From SAR202 cluster bacterium (GTDB lineage: Bacteria; Chloroflexota; Dehalococcoidia; Lucifugimonadales; UBA6952), in contig VFGE01000030.1 in assembly GCA_009392515.1 (NCBI GenBank), positions 1,633 to 65,632 on the forward strand: 64,000 bases of DNA, read 5' to 3'. How positions within the stretch are numbered: the first letter of the stretch is position 1; every line of letters starts with the position of its first letter. Both the position numbers and the translations under genes were made by a program. Below are positions 49,416 to 58,804 of the stretch, piece by piece. The notes beneath the pieces were generated by a model that did no database searches, had not been told where the DNA came from, and saw nothing but the letters and a program-made list of their open reading frames with translations.

Positions 49416-50420
49416 CTATTTCTGGTCTTTCGATAATTGTATTTCATTACAACTGGGTACTCCGCCTAGTGATGAAGCAATTCTAGTACCTCTGATAATT
49501 GCTTCAGACATTACCATAGGTGCTAGAGCATATATGGATGTAAGTGTTGATCTATCGATATTTTGAGAAGATTCCCAGGTAGATATTGAGAAAACCACAT
49601 CACCATCTCCTGGCATATGGCAGGGTTGTATTGTCATTGCAAACCCATCTTGCCCTCTCTCGGCTAGTTTGTTTGTTTGAGACTTATCCAAGCATAAATT
49701 TGTTGCCACAATACCTAATGTTGTATTTTCTCTAATATTTTGATCCTCATTATTAGATGATTGGGATGAATTCAGCAAAGAGTTCATATAGGTATCGAAT
49801 GTTTTATTTTTTCTATCATATGGTTTTGATACATAGGTACCGGTTTTAGGGTCTACTATATCACCAGCGGCATTAACTGCAGCAATTGCTCCAATTTGTA
49901 TGCCATTATCCAAGGTTATACAATAACTACCGATACCACCTTTTAGGCATCTATCCCAACCTAGCATTTTAGATACCGTAGCACCTGTTGCGGCGCCTAC
50001 GCTACCTTCATCAAATTCAATAGATGCATTTTTTGCTGCTGTGTAGCCTTCAGTTATACTTGGGCTAAAATCATTACTTAATAAGTTTAAATCAAATAAA
50101 ATAGCACTAGGTACAATTGGTATGACATTTGTTCCAATGTTATATCCAACGTTCTTTTCTACAAGATATCTCATTACACCACCTGCTGTATCTAGACCAA
50201 ACGCACTTCCGCCACTTAGAGATATTCCATGGATTTTTTCAACCAATTGACCCGATTTTAATAAATCAGTTTCTCTTGTTCCAGGTGCAGTTCCTCTAAC
50301 ATCTACACCACCTGTGGCTCCGTTTTCACAAAGAAGTACAGTACAACCAGTGCCTTTTTCTTTATTAGTATAATGACCTACGGTTATTCCCTTAATATCT
50401 GTTATTTTTCCTATTTTCAT
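49416..50420 (-). CDS. P1/DmpA-family autoproteolytic Ntn hydrolase (ThnT/NylC-like Asn-Thr site)
   Basis: ITDIKGITVGH, GVDVRGTAPGTRE, GGSAFGL, ENTTLGIVATN, DGDVVF. Confidence 0.88.
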   Translation of the reverse strand: MKIGKITDIKGITVGHYTNKEKGTGCTVLLCENGATGGVDVRGTAPGTRETDLLKSGQLVEKIHGISLSGGSAFGLDTAGGVMRYLVEKNVGYNIGTNVIPIVPSAILFDLNLLSNDFSPSITEGYTAAKNASIEFDEGSVGAATGATVSKMLGWDRCLKGGIGSYCITLDNGIQIGAIAAVNAAGDIVDPKTGTYVSKPYDRKNKTFDTYMNSLLNSSQSSNNEDQNIRENTTLGIVATNLCLDKSQTNKLAERGQDGFAMTIQPCHMPGDGDVVFSISTWESSQNIDRSTLTSIYALAPMVMSEAIIRGTRIASSLGGVPSCNEIQLSKDQK

Positions 50421-50443
50421 TTATATTCATTTCTCATTTAAAT

Positions 50444-50466
50444 AAAAAAACGACTCCTAAAAGTCG
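50444..50466 (-). terminator. Intrinsic terminator about 23 nt upstream of the P1 hydrolase start
   Basis: Minus strand CGACUU-UUAG-GAGUCG followed by U7. Confidence 0.75.
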
Positions 50467-50562
50467 CTGGGATGTTCATATTTTACTTGTCTAGGTCATT
50501 AACGATCCCAGCAGTAGTTATCAATTTAAAACAATCTTCGCTCATCCCAGATGTGGACTGCC
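50444..50562 (-). ncRNA. Candidate structured leader/attenuator RNA (about 120 nt)
   Basis: Promoter upstream, two alternative CUGGGAU strands for one AUCCCAG strand, terminator at the 3' end; no recognised Rfam class. Confidence 0.5.
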
Positions 50563-50567
50563 AGTAG

Positions 50568-50596
50568 ATACTATCAATCATTACATCTTTGGTCAA
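50568..50596 (-). promoter_or_regulatory. Sigma70 promoter of the leader and P1 hydrolase block
   Basis: Minus strand TTGACC-N17-TAGTAT. Confidence 0.6.
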
Positions 50597-50712
50597 ATAT
50601 TAATAAATCTTATATACGATATAAAAAACTGACTATTACGGAATTCGAAATTGTAGTAATATACACAATATTAATGTTCTTGAAATACTTTGAAATACTA
50701 AGGATAGTAGTT

Positions 50713-51864
50713 GTGTCGGATAATTTTGGGCAATCGAGTCAATTTAAAACTATAAGTCATGCTTATGGGTTTGAAGATGTCGGAATTGTGCCAGGTGAGA
50801 TTACAATTAATCCAGACCAAACCGATTTAAGCGTTTATATTGGAGAATACAAACTCGATATTCCTGTGTTAGCTTCTGCTATGGATGCCGTTATGTCTCC
50901 CGAATATGCTATATTAATGAGCCAAATGGGCGGACTTGGGGTTTTAAACCTTGAGGGTATTTATTCACGATATGAAGACTACCATGAGATAATTGATAGA
51001 ATTGTCAATTCTGATGCTACACAGGCTACTAATTTGATGCAAGAAATATATGCACAACCTATTCGAGAAGAATTGATTGCTGTAAGAATCAAACAAATTA
51101 AAGACCAAGGTGCAATTTGTGCAGTATCATTTACCCCGCAAAATGCTAAAAGACTAGCCCCAGTTGCAGTTGATGCTGGAGCTGATTTAGTTGTGATACA
51201 AGCAACGGTGACAACAGCAAGGCATCTTTCAAAAAGTAATGTGGGATTAAATTTCGATACGTTAAAAGAAATTGTCAAAGTACCTTTATTAGTTGGTAAT
51301 TGTGCATCATTTGGTGCTGCTAAAGAACTTATGAATTGTGGTATTGATGGTTTATTAGTGGGTGTAGGCCCAGGAGCTGCTTGTACAACAAGAGAAGTAG
51401 TTGGAGTTGGTGTGCCACAAGTAACAGCAACTATGGAATGTGCTGCTGCAAGAGAGCAGTATTATAATGATTCTGGAAAATATGTACCAATATTCACAGA
51501 TGGAGGTATCAGAACAGGTGGTGATTTGTGTAAATCAATTGCCTCTGGTGCTGATGGAGTAATGATCGGTACCCCTTTTGCTCAAACTGAAGAAGCAATT
51601 GGTAGAGGTTTCAATTGGGGAATGGCTACTCCTCATCCAGCCTTACCTAGGGGTATTAGAATAAATGCAGGAGTGAAAGGTTCTATAAAACAACTTTTAT
51701 ACGGACCATCAAGTCGCACAGATGGGACTCAAAATCTCATTGGGGCTTTAGAGGTAGGAATGGGAATGTGTGGTGCATATAATATCAAAGAAATGCAACA
51801 GGCAGATTTAGTTATAGCACCTTCCATACGTACAGAGGGGAAAATATTTCAGCACTCAATCTGA
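50713..51864 (+). CDS. guaB3: GuaB3-type IMP dehydrogenase (no CBS domains); start reassigned to GTG 50713
   Basis: AYGFEDVGIVPG, ASAMDAV, GVGPGAACTTR catalytic Cys, DGGIRTGGD. Confidence 0.9.
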   Translation: MSDNFGQSSQFKTISHAYGFEDVGIVPGEITINPDQTDLSVYIGEYKLDIPVLASAMDAVMSPEYAILMSQMGGLGVLNLEGIYSRYEDYHEIIDRIVNSDATQATNLMQEIYAQPIREELIAVRIKQIKDQGAICAVSFTPQNAKRLAPVAVDAGADLVVIQATVTTARHLSKSNVGLNFDTLKEIVKVPLLVGNCASFGAAKELMNCGIDGLLVGVGPGAACTTREVVGVGVPQVTATMECAAAREQYYNDSGKYVPIFTDGGIRTGGDLCKSIASGADGVMIGTPFAQTEEAIGRGFNWGMATPHPALPRGIRINAGVKGSIKQLLYGPSSRTDGTQNLIGALEVGMGMCGAYNIKEMQQADLVIAPSIRTEGKIFQHSI

Positions 51865-52653
51865 TATTATATTTTTGGTACTTTTTGATTTTTCCCAAAG
51901 ATTTTCTTTCTCTTCAAAAGATAATTCATTAAATTTTGTTTCTGTTCTAGTGCAATAATTTTCAATTCGTTTAAATCTTGTAATAAATTTTGACGTACTT
52001 TCTTGTAAAGCTATTTCAGAATCTATATCGATCCATCTAGCGAAATTGACCAAAGTAAAAAATATATCCCCAAGTTCTTCTTGTTTGGATGTTTTTGTAT
52101 CAGCTTTTTTGTATTCCAATATTTCTTCTTGCAATTTTTCCATTACACCATCTATATCTTTCCAATCAAGGCCATAGGAAGCAGCTTTTCTCTGAATTTT
52201 GGTGGCATACATTAAGCCAGGTAAATTGGGGGTAACTGAATCTAAAGCAGAAGTTAAGCCTTTTGAATATAAACTTTGTTTTTTTATTTCTTCCCATTGG
52301 GACACAACTTCATTTGATGATAGTGTGGTTTTTATGCTAAATATATGTGGATGACGATCTATGAGTTTTTTTTGTAAATTATAAATAACATCATTTATAG
52401 TAAATTGGTTATTTTTTTCTGCAATATCTGAATGAAAAAGGATTTGAAGTAAAACATCTCCTAGCTCTTCTAATAAATTTTGTTGATCATTTTTATCAAT
52501 AGCATTAAGTGTTTCATATGATTCTTCAATTAAATTAGATTTCAAACTTTCATGTGTTTGTTCTTTATCCCAAGGGCAACCATCAGGTCCTCTGAGCATT
52601 TGTATTAATTTGATTAGATCTGAAAATTGTTCGGTTGGATTTATATTTATCAT
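51856..52653 (-). CDS. mazG: Nucleoside triphosphate pyrophosphohydrolase MazG
   Basis: GCPWDKEQT, EELGDVLLQ, RHPHIF, second EELGDIFF. Confidence 0.95.
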   Translation of the reverse strand: MININPTEQFSDLIKLIQMLRGPDGCPWDKEQTHESLKSNLIEESYETLNAIDKNDQQNLLEELGDVLLQILFHSDIAEKNNQFTINDVIYNLQKKLIDRHPHIFSIKTTLSSNEVVSQWEEIKKQSLYSKGLTSALDSVTPNLPGLMYATKIQRKAASYGLDWKDIDGVMEKLQEEILEYKKADTKTSKQEELGDIFFTLVNFARWIDIDSEIALQESTSKFITRFKRIENYCTRTETKFNELSFEEKENLWEKSKSTKNIISD

Positions 52654-52718
52654 ATCTATTTCCTATATTTAATTTATGAATCATTGACTAGTTCTACAAA
52701 TAGAAATAACATTTTTAT

Positions 52719-53498
52719 ATGATAATTCTAGGTAAACTATTTCAAATATTATATAAAGTACTTTTTATAATTAGTATCACATTTATTGCTACTATGTTTC
52801 TAGTGCGAATAGCGTTTAATTCTTTGGATTGGTATGACAATGGATTTGATAGACATAGAGTCTATGAGGCAAAACAGTATGTTGGGGGATATGCAGAAAA
52901 GTTACCTTTTACACGTATTCAAATATCTGAAATTGCATCAGATATTATTAGTTATTTTAATTCAGAAGAAGAATTTCTTGATGTTAAAAAACAAAATATA
53001 AATGGTGAAATTGTCAATGTATTTAATCAAAGAGAAATAGACCACATGTGGGATGTGAAAAATTTACTTGAATTTTTATATCGAATACAAGAAGGATTAA
53101 TAATTTATGTAATGCTAGTACTTACTATAGGTTTTTTCATGTCTGGTGGAGGGTATGCCCGGCAAATAATTTCATTGATCAATATTTCGTGTTATTTTAC
53201 AATTTCGTTAGTTTTACTATTTGGTGTAATATCAAGTATTGCATTTAATCAGCTTTTTATTATTTTTCATCAATTAAGTTTCAGTAATGATAAATGGATT
53301 TTAAATCCCCTAACATCTAACTTAATTAGATTGTTTCCCACCCAATTTTGGGTGGAGTCAGTAACGTTAATCGGCATGTTGTTGATTTTGTTTTTTATTT
53401 CAATCCTCTTATCGCTTTATATAATAAAATGGTGGATTTATTTAAAACAAAAAGAGTCAGAAAATCGTGCTCCTAAGTATTTAAGTCCTGAAAATTAA
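52719..53498 (+). CDS. Integral membrane protein, TIGR01906/DUF1461-like
   Basis: REIDHMWDVK, FIIFHQLSFSNDKW, LIRLFP motifs. Confidence 0.8.
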   Translation: MIILGKLFQILYKVLFIISITFIATMFLVRIAFNSLDWYDNGFDRHRVYEAKQYVGGYAEKLPFTRIQISEIASDIISYFNSEEEFLDVKKQNINGEIVNVFNQREIDHMWDVKNLLEFLYRIQEGLIIYVMLVLTIGFFMSGGGYARQIISLINISCYFTISLVLLFGVISSIAFNQLFIIFHQLSFSNDKWILNPLTSNLIRLFPTQFWVESVTLIGMLLILFFISILLSLYIIKWWIYLKQKESENRAPKYLSPEN

Positions 53499-54745
53499 TC
53501 TACATATTTTTTTAATATGATACATGAGTTTTGCCCACCAAAACCAAATGAATTTGATAGAACATATTGAACATCGGCGCATCTAGATTCATTTGGAACA
53601 TAGTCTAAATCGCATTCTGGATCTGGTGTTTCTAGGTTAATTGTTGGGTGAATAATCCCAGAGTTTATAGTTTGGATACACGCTATTGCTTCCATTGCTC
53701 CTGCTCCCCCAAGTGCGTGGCCAATCATTGATTTGGTAGAGCTTATAGGAGTTGTAATTGCGTCTTCTCCGAATACAAGTTTAATTGCTTTGGTTTCAAT
53801 CATATCATTCAAAGGTGTAGAAGTGCCGTGTGCGTTAATATAGTCTATATCCTTTGGACGGAGATTTGCTTGCTTAAGAGCCATGGACATTGCGTTTGCA
53901 GCTTGTTGTCCGTTTTGTTCTGGTTGAACGGGATGAAATGCATCTGAGGAAACACCAAATCCTATTATTTCTCCATAAATTGTAGCATTTCTGTTTAACG
54001 CATGATTGAGTTCTTCTAATATAATAGTTCCTGAACCTTCGGCTGGTACAAACCCATCTCGATTTTTGTCAAAGGGTCTACTTGCCTTGGTAGGATCATC
54101 ATTATTTGTTGATAAAGCTCTCATAGAACAAAAACCAGCTAAACCTAATTGACTAATTCCGGCTTCAGTTCCTCCAGTTATCATAATATCTGTTGTACCT
54201 CGTTTGATTATTTCAGCAGCTTCACCTATTGCGTGTGTTCCAGCTGCACAGGCAGTTGCTATTGTGGCGTTATAACCTGTTGCCTTTGTAAATCTACTTA
54301 CGGCAGCTGATGCCATGTTGGGTAGCACTGTTGGGATGAAAAAGGGGGATATTTTTGACCCTCCTCTTGATACTAAAGTTCGTACGGAGCTTTCTAGGGT
54401 AGGAAATCCTCCATTGCCATTTCCCAATATGACTCCAGTTTTATTAAGATCAATTTTACTTAGATTTAATTGGCTATGTTCAACAGCCATAAGGGCTGAA
54501 GCTATAGCTATTTGGATGAATCTAGATAAACGATTAGATTCTTTGACTTCAATAAATTCATGTGGGTCAAAATCAGATGCTTCCCCTGCTATTTTGCAGG
54601 GGTAATCTGTGGTGTCACAAAGAGTCATAGGCCCTATTCCAGATATACCATGAATTAATTTATCCCAAAAATTATCTACATCATTTCCAAGAGGTGAAAT
54701 GATTCCCATACCAGTAATTACAACTCTAGTAGAATTTGTATTCAC
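53495..54745 (-). CDS. fabF: 3-oxoacyl-ACP synthase II (probable GTG start 54745)
   Basis: RVVITGMG, TACAAG, NAHGTST, GHALGGAG, NSFGFGG. Confidence 0.96.
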   Translation of the reverse strand: MNTNSTRVVITGMGIISPLGNDVDNFWDKLIHGISGIGPMTLCDTTDYPCKIAGEASDFDPHEFIEVKESNRLSRFIQIAIASALMAVEHSQLNLSKIDLNKTGVILGNGNGGFPTLESSVRTLVSRGGSKISPFFIPTVLPNMASAAVSRFTKATGYNATIATACAAGTHAIGEAAEIIKRGTTDIMITGGTEAGISQLGLAGFCSMRALSTNNDDPTKASRPFDKNRDGFVPAEGSGTIILEELNHALNRNATIYGEIIGFGVSSDAFHPVQPEQNGQQAANAMSMALKQANLRPKDIDYINAHGTSTPLNDMIETKAIKLVFGEDAITTPISSTKSMIGHALGGAGAMEAIACIQTINSGIIHPTINLETPDPECDLDYVPNESRCADVQYVLSNSFGFGGQNSCIILKKYVD

Positions 54746-54833
54746 ATTCTCAACCGTCAAAATGTTCAAATGATAAATAAAAGTGACACAATTTGTAGTA
54801 TATGACAAAGATTATAAATTGAGAAGTAATGAT

Positions 54834-56192
54834 TTAGGAATTAAATACATAGCTTTCTTTAGATATTCCCAATATTTTTTCACGAGCTTCTGCAGCAATA
54901 AATAAAGAACCTGTTATTAGAATTAAATCATCAGGACCTAATGTGTTTTTTGCTATTTCAATTGATTTTTTTATTGAGTTAACCGTTGAAATTGTGACAC
55001 CAAAGTGTTTAAAAGTATCTTGAAGGACATTTATTGGGGTATGTTTGGGATGTCTTGAATGAGTGGCAATATATTTTGTATTACCTTTATCATTTTCTAA
55101 TAGAATCTTTATCATATTTTTAATGTCTTTATCTTTTGATGTTCCAAGGATTATGGTGATATTGCGAAAAGTATAGTTGTCATGTATTGCTTGTATCATT
55201 TTTTCGACTGAGTAAGGATTATGAGCTCCGTCTAATATAATTAAAGGATCAGTAGAAACCTTTTCAAGTCTACAAGGCCAGTAAGTGTCTTTAAATCCTG
55301 TATCTATTGATGTTTCTGAGATAGGGAAGTTAGATTCTTGTAACAATTTTGCTGTTATAAATGCTGTTGCAGAATTCTCTATTTGATAATCACCAATCAG
55401 TGGAATTGTTAATGTGGTTTTTCCAAATTCAGAGTTTAAAATATATGTTTGAAAATCCATTGATTTTCTTATTGGGATAATTTCACAAGACTCTTGAATT
55501 GCAATGTATCGATTATTCTGTTTCTTGCAAACTTCTTTGATGATTTTTAAAACTTCAGGTTTTTGTGGAGCAATAACTGTAAATTTATTTGGTTTAATTA
55601 TTCCAGATTTTTGTAGAGCGATTTCTTTTAATGTACCGCCTAATATTCCAGTATGATCCAAGCTGATAGATGTAATAATACTAATGTGCGGGGTAAGAAT
55701 GTTAGTAGAATCTAATTTCCCACCTAAGCCAACTTCTATAACATTGATATCTGTATTTTCTTTATCAAAAATGTAAAAGGCTAAAACCGTTAAAAACTCA
55801 AATAATGTTATTTGATTATCAGGATTTTTTTGATTGTATTGTTGGACTTCAGGCCACATTTCGTAAAATGAGTTTGTAAATTTATTTTTGGATATTTCCT
55901 TACTTCCGATTTGAATTCGCTCGGTAATTTTATGGATATGTGGAGATGTAAATAATCCTGTTTTATAACCCTCAGTTTTTAGTATAGAGGATATAAACAC
56001 TGCGGTACTTCCTTTGCCTTTCGTTCCAGCAATATGTATGTTAGGGGAAGAGTTTTCAGGATTTCCAAATATTGTTGAAAAATTTATAATCCTATTTAAA
56101 TTATAACGTCTTTTTTTAGCAATATTGTTATTCGCAATAGTTCCAAAATCGGTAAGACTCATTAAATCTTTAAGTGCTTCTTTGTAACGCAT
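54834..56192 (-). CDS. folC: Folylpolyglutamate synthase/dihydrofolate synthase
   Basis: HIAGTKGKGS, FTSPH, EVGLGGKLDSTN, LDGAHN, ITGSLF. Confidence 0.95.
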   Translation of the reverse strand: MRYKEALKDLMSLTDFGTIANNNIAKKRRYNLNRIINFSTIFGNPENSSPNIHIAGTKGKGSTAVFISSILKTEGYKTGLFTSPHIHKITERIQIGSKEISKNKFTNSFYEMWPEVQQYNQKNPDNQITLFEFLTVLAFYIFDKENTDINVIEVGLGGKLDSTNILTPHISIITSISLDHTGILGGTLKEIALQKSGIIKPNKFTVIAPQKPEVLKIIKEVCKKQNNRYIAIQESCEIIPIRKSMDFQTYILNSEFGKTTLTIPLIGDYQIENSATAFITAKLLQESNFPISETSIDTGFKDTYWPCRLEKVSTDPLIILDGAHNPYSVEKMIQAIHDNYTFRNITIILGTSKDKDIKNMIKILLENDKGNTKYIATHSRHPKHTPINVLQDTFKHFGVTISTVNSIKKSIEIAKNTLGPDDLILITGSLFIAAEAREKILGISKESYVFNS

Positions 56193-56375
56193 TATCGCCC
56201 AATAGATAAAGTAAAATTGCTTTAGGTAATTTATATTAAGTTATTAGTTTTTTTTAATCAATGAAGATAAAATTAAATTTGTATAATGTGATAGAATTGT
56301 GTAGTTGTTTTATATCTAATATAAATAATTGAAACTAATATTAAATCAAAAATATTTTGGAACATAGATAATATT

Positions 56376-58106
56376 TTGGAACAAAACGATAAATATCACG
56401 CATTAAGACATTCAGCTGCGCACATTATGGCATCTGCAGTGTGTAAGTTATATCCAGATACAAAATTTGGTATTGGACCGGTAATTACTGATGGGTTTTA
56501 CTATGATTTTGTATTAGATAAACGATTATCTGAATCGGATTTAGATGAAATTGAAAAGATAATGCAGCAAGAAATTAATAAGAATCTTTCTTTTGAAAAA
56601 CAAATTATTACAAGACTCGAAGCATTAGAACTGTTCTCCGATCAACCATTTAAGCTAGAGATAATAGATGAAATTGATAAAGAGGAAGATATTTCTATTT
56701 ATAAACATGGTGATTTTCAAGATCTTTGCGCAGGGCCTCATGTTGTATCAAGTAAAGATGTAACGGCATTTAAACTTCTATCAGTTGCAGGAGCATATTG
56801 GCGGGGAGATGAAAATCGACCAATGATGCAAAGAATTTATGGTACAGCTTTTGATTCTAATGAATTACTAGATGAACATTTAAAATTAATTGAAGAGGCT
56901 AAAAAAAGAGACCATCGGGTTTTAGGAAAAGAATTAGGTTTGTTTTTTATGGACCCTATAGCACCTGCTAGTCCATTTTTTCTACCTAAAGGTACAATAA
57001 TTTATAACGAATTAGTTAATTATGTTCGCGAACTATATCATCAATACGAATATCAGGAAGTTATTACCCCGCAAATTTTTTCTACTGATTTATGGAAACA
57101 ATCAGGCCATTATGATAACTACAAGGATAATATGTATTTTGTTATGGCAGAAGATAGAGAATTCGGTATAAAACCTATGAATTGTCCTGCTCATGCAGTT
57201 TTATATAAATCAGGCCTAAGATCATATAGAGAATTACCTTTTAGGGTTGCAGATTTTGGACGATTACATAGATTTGAACGATCAGGAGTTGTACAGGGTT
57301 TAACTCGAGTTAGACCTTTTTCTCAAGATGATGCCCATATATTCTGCACAATTGACCAGGTAGATCATGAAATTGATTCTCTAATTGCAATGTTCAAACA
57401 AACTTATGATATATTCAATTTTAATGATGTCAGGATAGCTTTGTCATTACGACCAGAGAAAAGAGTGGGCGAAGAAGAAATGTGGGATAGGGCTGAGTTA
57501 AAACTTCAAAAATGCCTAGAAGATAATAATATTAATTTTAAAGCGTTTCCTGGTGAGGGTGCTTTTTATGGGCCCAAAGTGGATTTTTTTGTTCCTGATG
57601 CCTTAGGAAGAGAATGGCAATTAGGAACAATTCAATTAGATTTTTCTTTACCAGAACGATTTGATTTAGAGTTTGTTAATGAAGATGGGCAAAGATCTCG
57701 TCCTGTTATGGTTCACCGTGCCATGTTAGGTTCTTTGGAAAGATTTATGGGGGTCCTAATTGAACATTTTGCCGGAGCAATGCCGCCATGGCTTTCTCCA
57801 TTACAAGTTTTAATAATTCCTATTGCTGATAGACATCAAGATAAAGCATTAGAATTAAAGTCCAGGTTGGTAGATTTGAATGTACGAGTCGATATAGATT
57901 CAAGAAATGAAAGAATGAATTCAAAAATACGTGAAGGTCAAATGAATAAAACACCATATATGGTTATTTTGGGCGATAAAGAAATTGAATCAGGTGGAGT
58001 TTCTATAAGGCTAAGAACTGGAGAAAATTTACAATCAATATCAGTAGAAGACTTTATCAATACAATTAAAGATAAAATTGATAAACGTGCAATAGAACTT
58101 TGGTAA
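56376..58106 (+). CDS. thrS: Threonine--tRNA ligase (lacks N-terminal TGS domain)
   Basis: RHSAAH, DLCAGPH, DHR.LG, KPMNCP, GAFYGPK, HRAMLGS. Confidence 0.98.
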   Translation: MEQNDKYHALRHSAAHIMASAVCKLYPDTKFGIGPVITDGFYYDFVLDKRLSESDLDEIEKIMQQEINKNLSFEKQIITRLEALELFSDQPFKLEIIDEIDKEEDISIYKHGDFQDLCAGPHVVSSKDVTAFKLLSVAGAYWRGDENRPMMQRIYGTAFDSNELLDEHLKLIEEAKKRDHRVLGKELGLFFMDPIAPASPFFLPKGTIIYNELVNYVRELYHQYEYQEVITPQIFSTDLWKQSGHYDNYKDNMYFVMAEDREFGIKPMNCPAHAVLYKSGLRSYRELPFRVADFGRLHRFERSGVVQGLTRVRPFSQDDAHIFCTIDQVDHEIDSLIAMFKQTYDIFNFNDVRIALSLRPEKRVGEEEMWDRAELKLQKCLEDNNINFKAFPGEGAFYGPKVDFFVPDALGREWQLGTIQLDFSLPERFDLEFVNEDGQRSRPVMVHRAMLGSLERFMGVLIEHFAGAMPPWLSPLQVLIIPIADRHQDKALELKSRLVDLNVRVDIDSRNERMNSKIREGQMNKTPYMVILGDKEIESGGVSIRLRTGENLQSISVEDFINTIKDKIDKRAIELW

Positions 58107-58215
58107 TCTTTAAAATAATTCTCTTTCTAAATTGCAGAATGCACTTTACCACAATTAATGTATATGTTAATATTCTTATCCTATGATTTTTGTTGTTTCT
58201 ATAAGGTAGTTTAAT

Positions 58216-58767
58216 ATAGCTAAAGATTACAGAATTAATAATCAAATAAGATCTCAGACGGTCAGAGTTATATCTGATAAGGATGAACAGGTTGGAATAA
58301 TTAGTTTGCAGGAAGCATTAGATTTGGCTAATCAGCGCGATTTAGATTTAGTTGAAGTCGCTCCTGGAGCAGAACCACCAGTTTGTAGAATTCTTGATTA
58401 TGGTAAATTTAAGTATGTTCAAACTAAAAAAGAGAAGGAAGCAAGAAAGTCGCAAAAGACAGTTAGTTTGAGAGAAGTTAGGTTTAAATCTGGTATTGAT
58501 AAACATGATTTAGATGCAAAGATACGAGTTGTAGGTAAATTGCTTGATTCTGGCAACAAGGTTAAGGTTAGTGTTATGTTTAGAGGAAGAACTATAGCTC
58601 ATCCTGATATTGGGGTCTCTTTATTAAAGACAGTAGTTGAAGCAACTCAAGAAACTGCTAAAATAGATAAGGCTCCAGCTTTTGAGGGAAGAAATTTAAG
58701 TATAATTTTAGCCCCTGGTGCAAAAAAAGAAGTAAAAGAAACTACTGCTGTGGTTCAGGAAACTTAG
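58216..58767 (+). CDS. infC: Translation initiation factor IF-3 with ATA start
   Basis: In-frame IAKDYRINNQIRSQTVRVI upstream of the tracked start; in-frame TAG at 58207 precludes an earlier ATG; PPVCRILDYGK. Confidence 0.95.
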   Translation: MAKDYRINNQIRSQTVRVISDKDEQVGIISLQEALDLANQRDLDLVEVAPGAEPPVCRILDYGKFKYVQTKKEKEARKSQKTVSLREVRFKSGIDKHDLDAKIRVVGKLLDSGNKVKVSVMFRGRTIAHPDIGVSLLKTVVEATQETAKIDKAPAFEGRNLSIILAPGAKKEVKETTAVVQET

Positions 58768-58804
58768 TAAGTTTTGTTTTTACTAGACTGAAAGAGGAAG
58801 AGAA

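Noticed and set aside
50537-50566. Resemblance of CAGU...UCUGGGAUGAGCGAAG to the FMN riboswitch 3' end
   Set aside because: The P6 stem does not form, the rest of the RFN fold would fall in the promoter, and no riboflavin genes follow
50551-50712. N-terminal 54-aa extension of guaB3 in the ORF track
   Set aside because: Non-homologous AT-rich sequence overlapping the divergent promoter; the conserved region begins at GTG 50713
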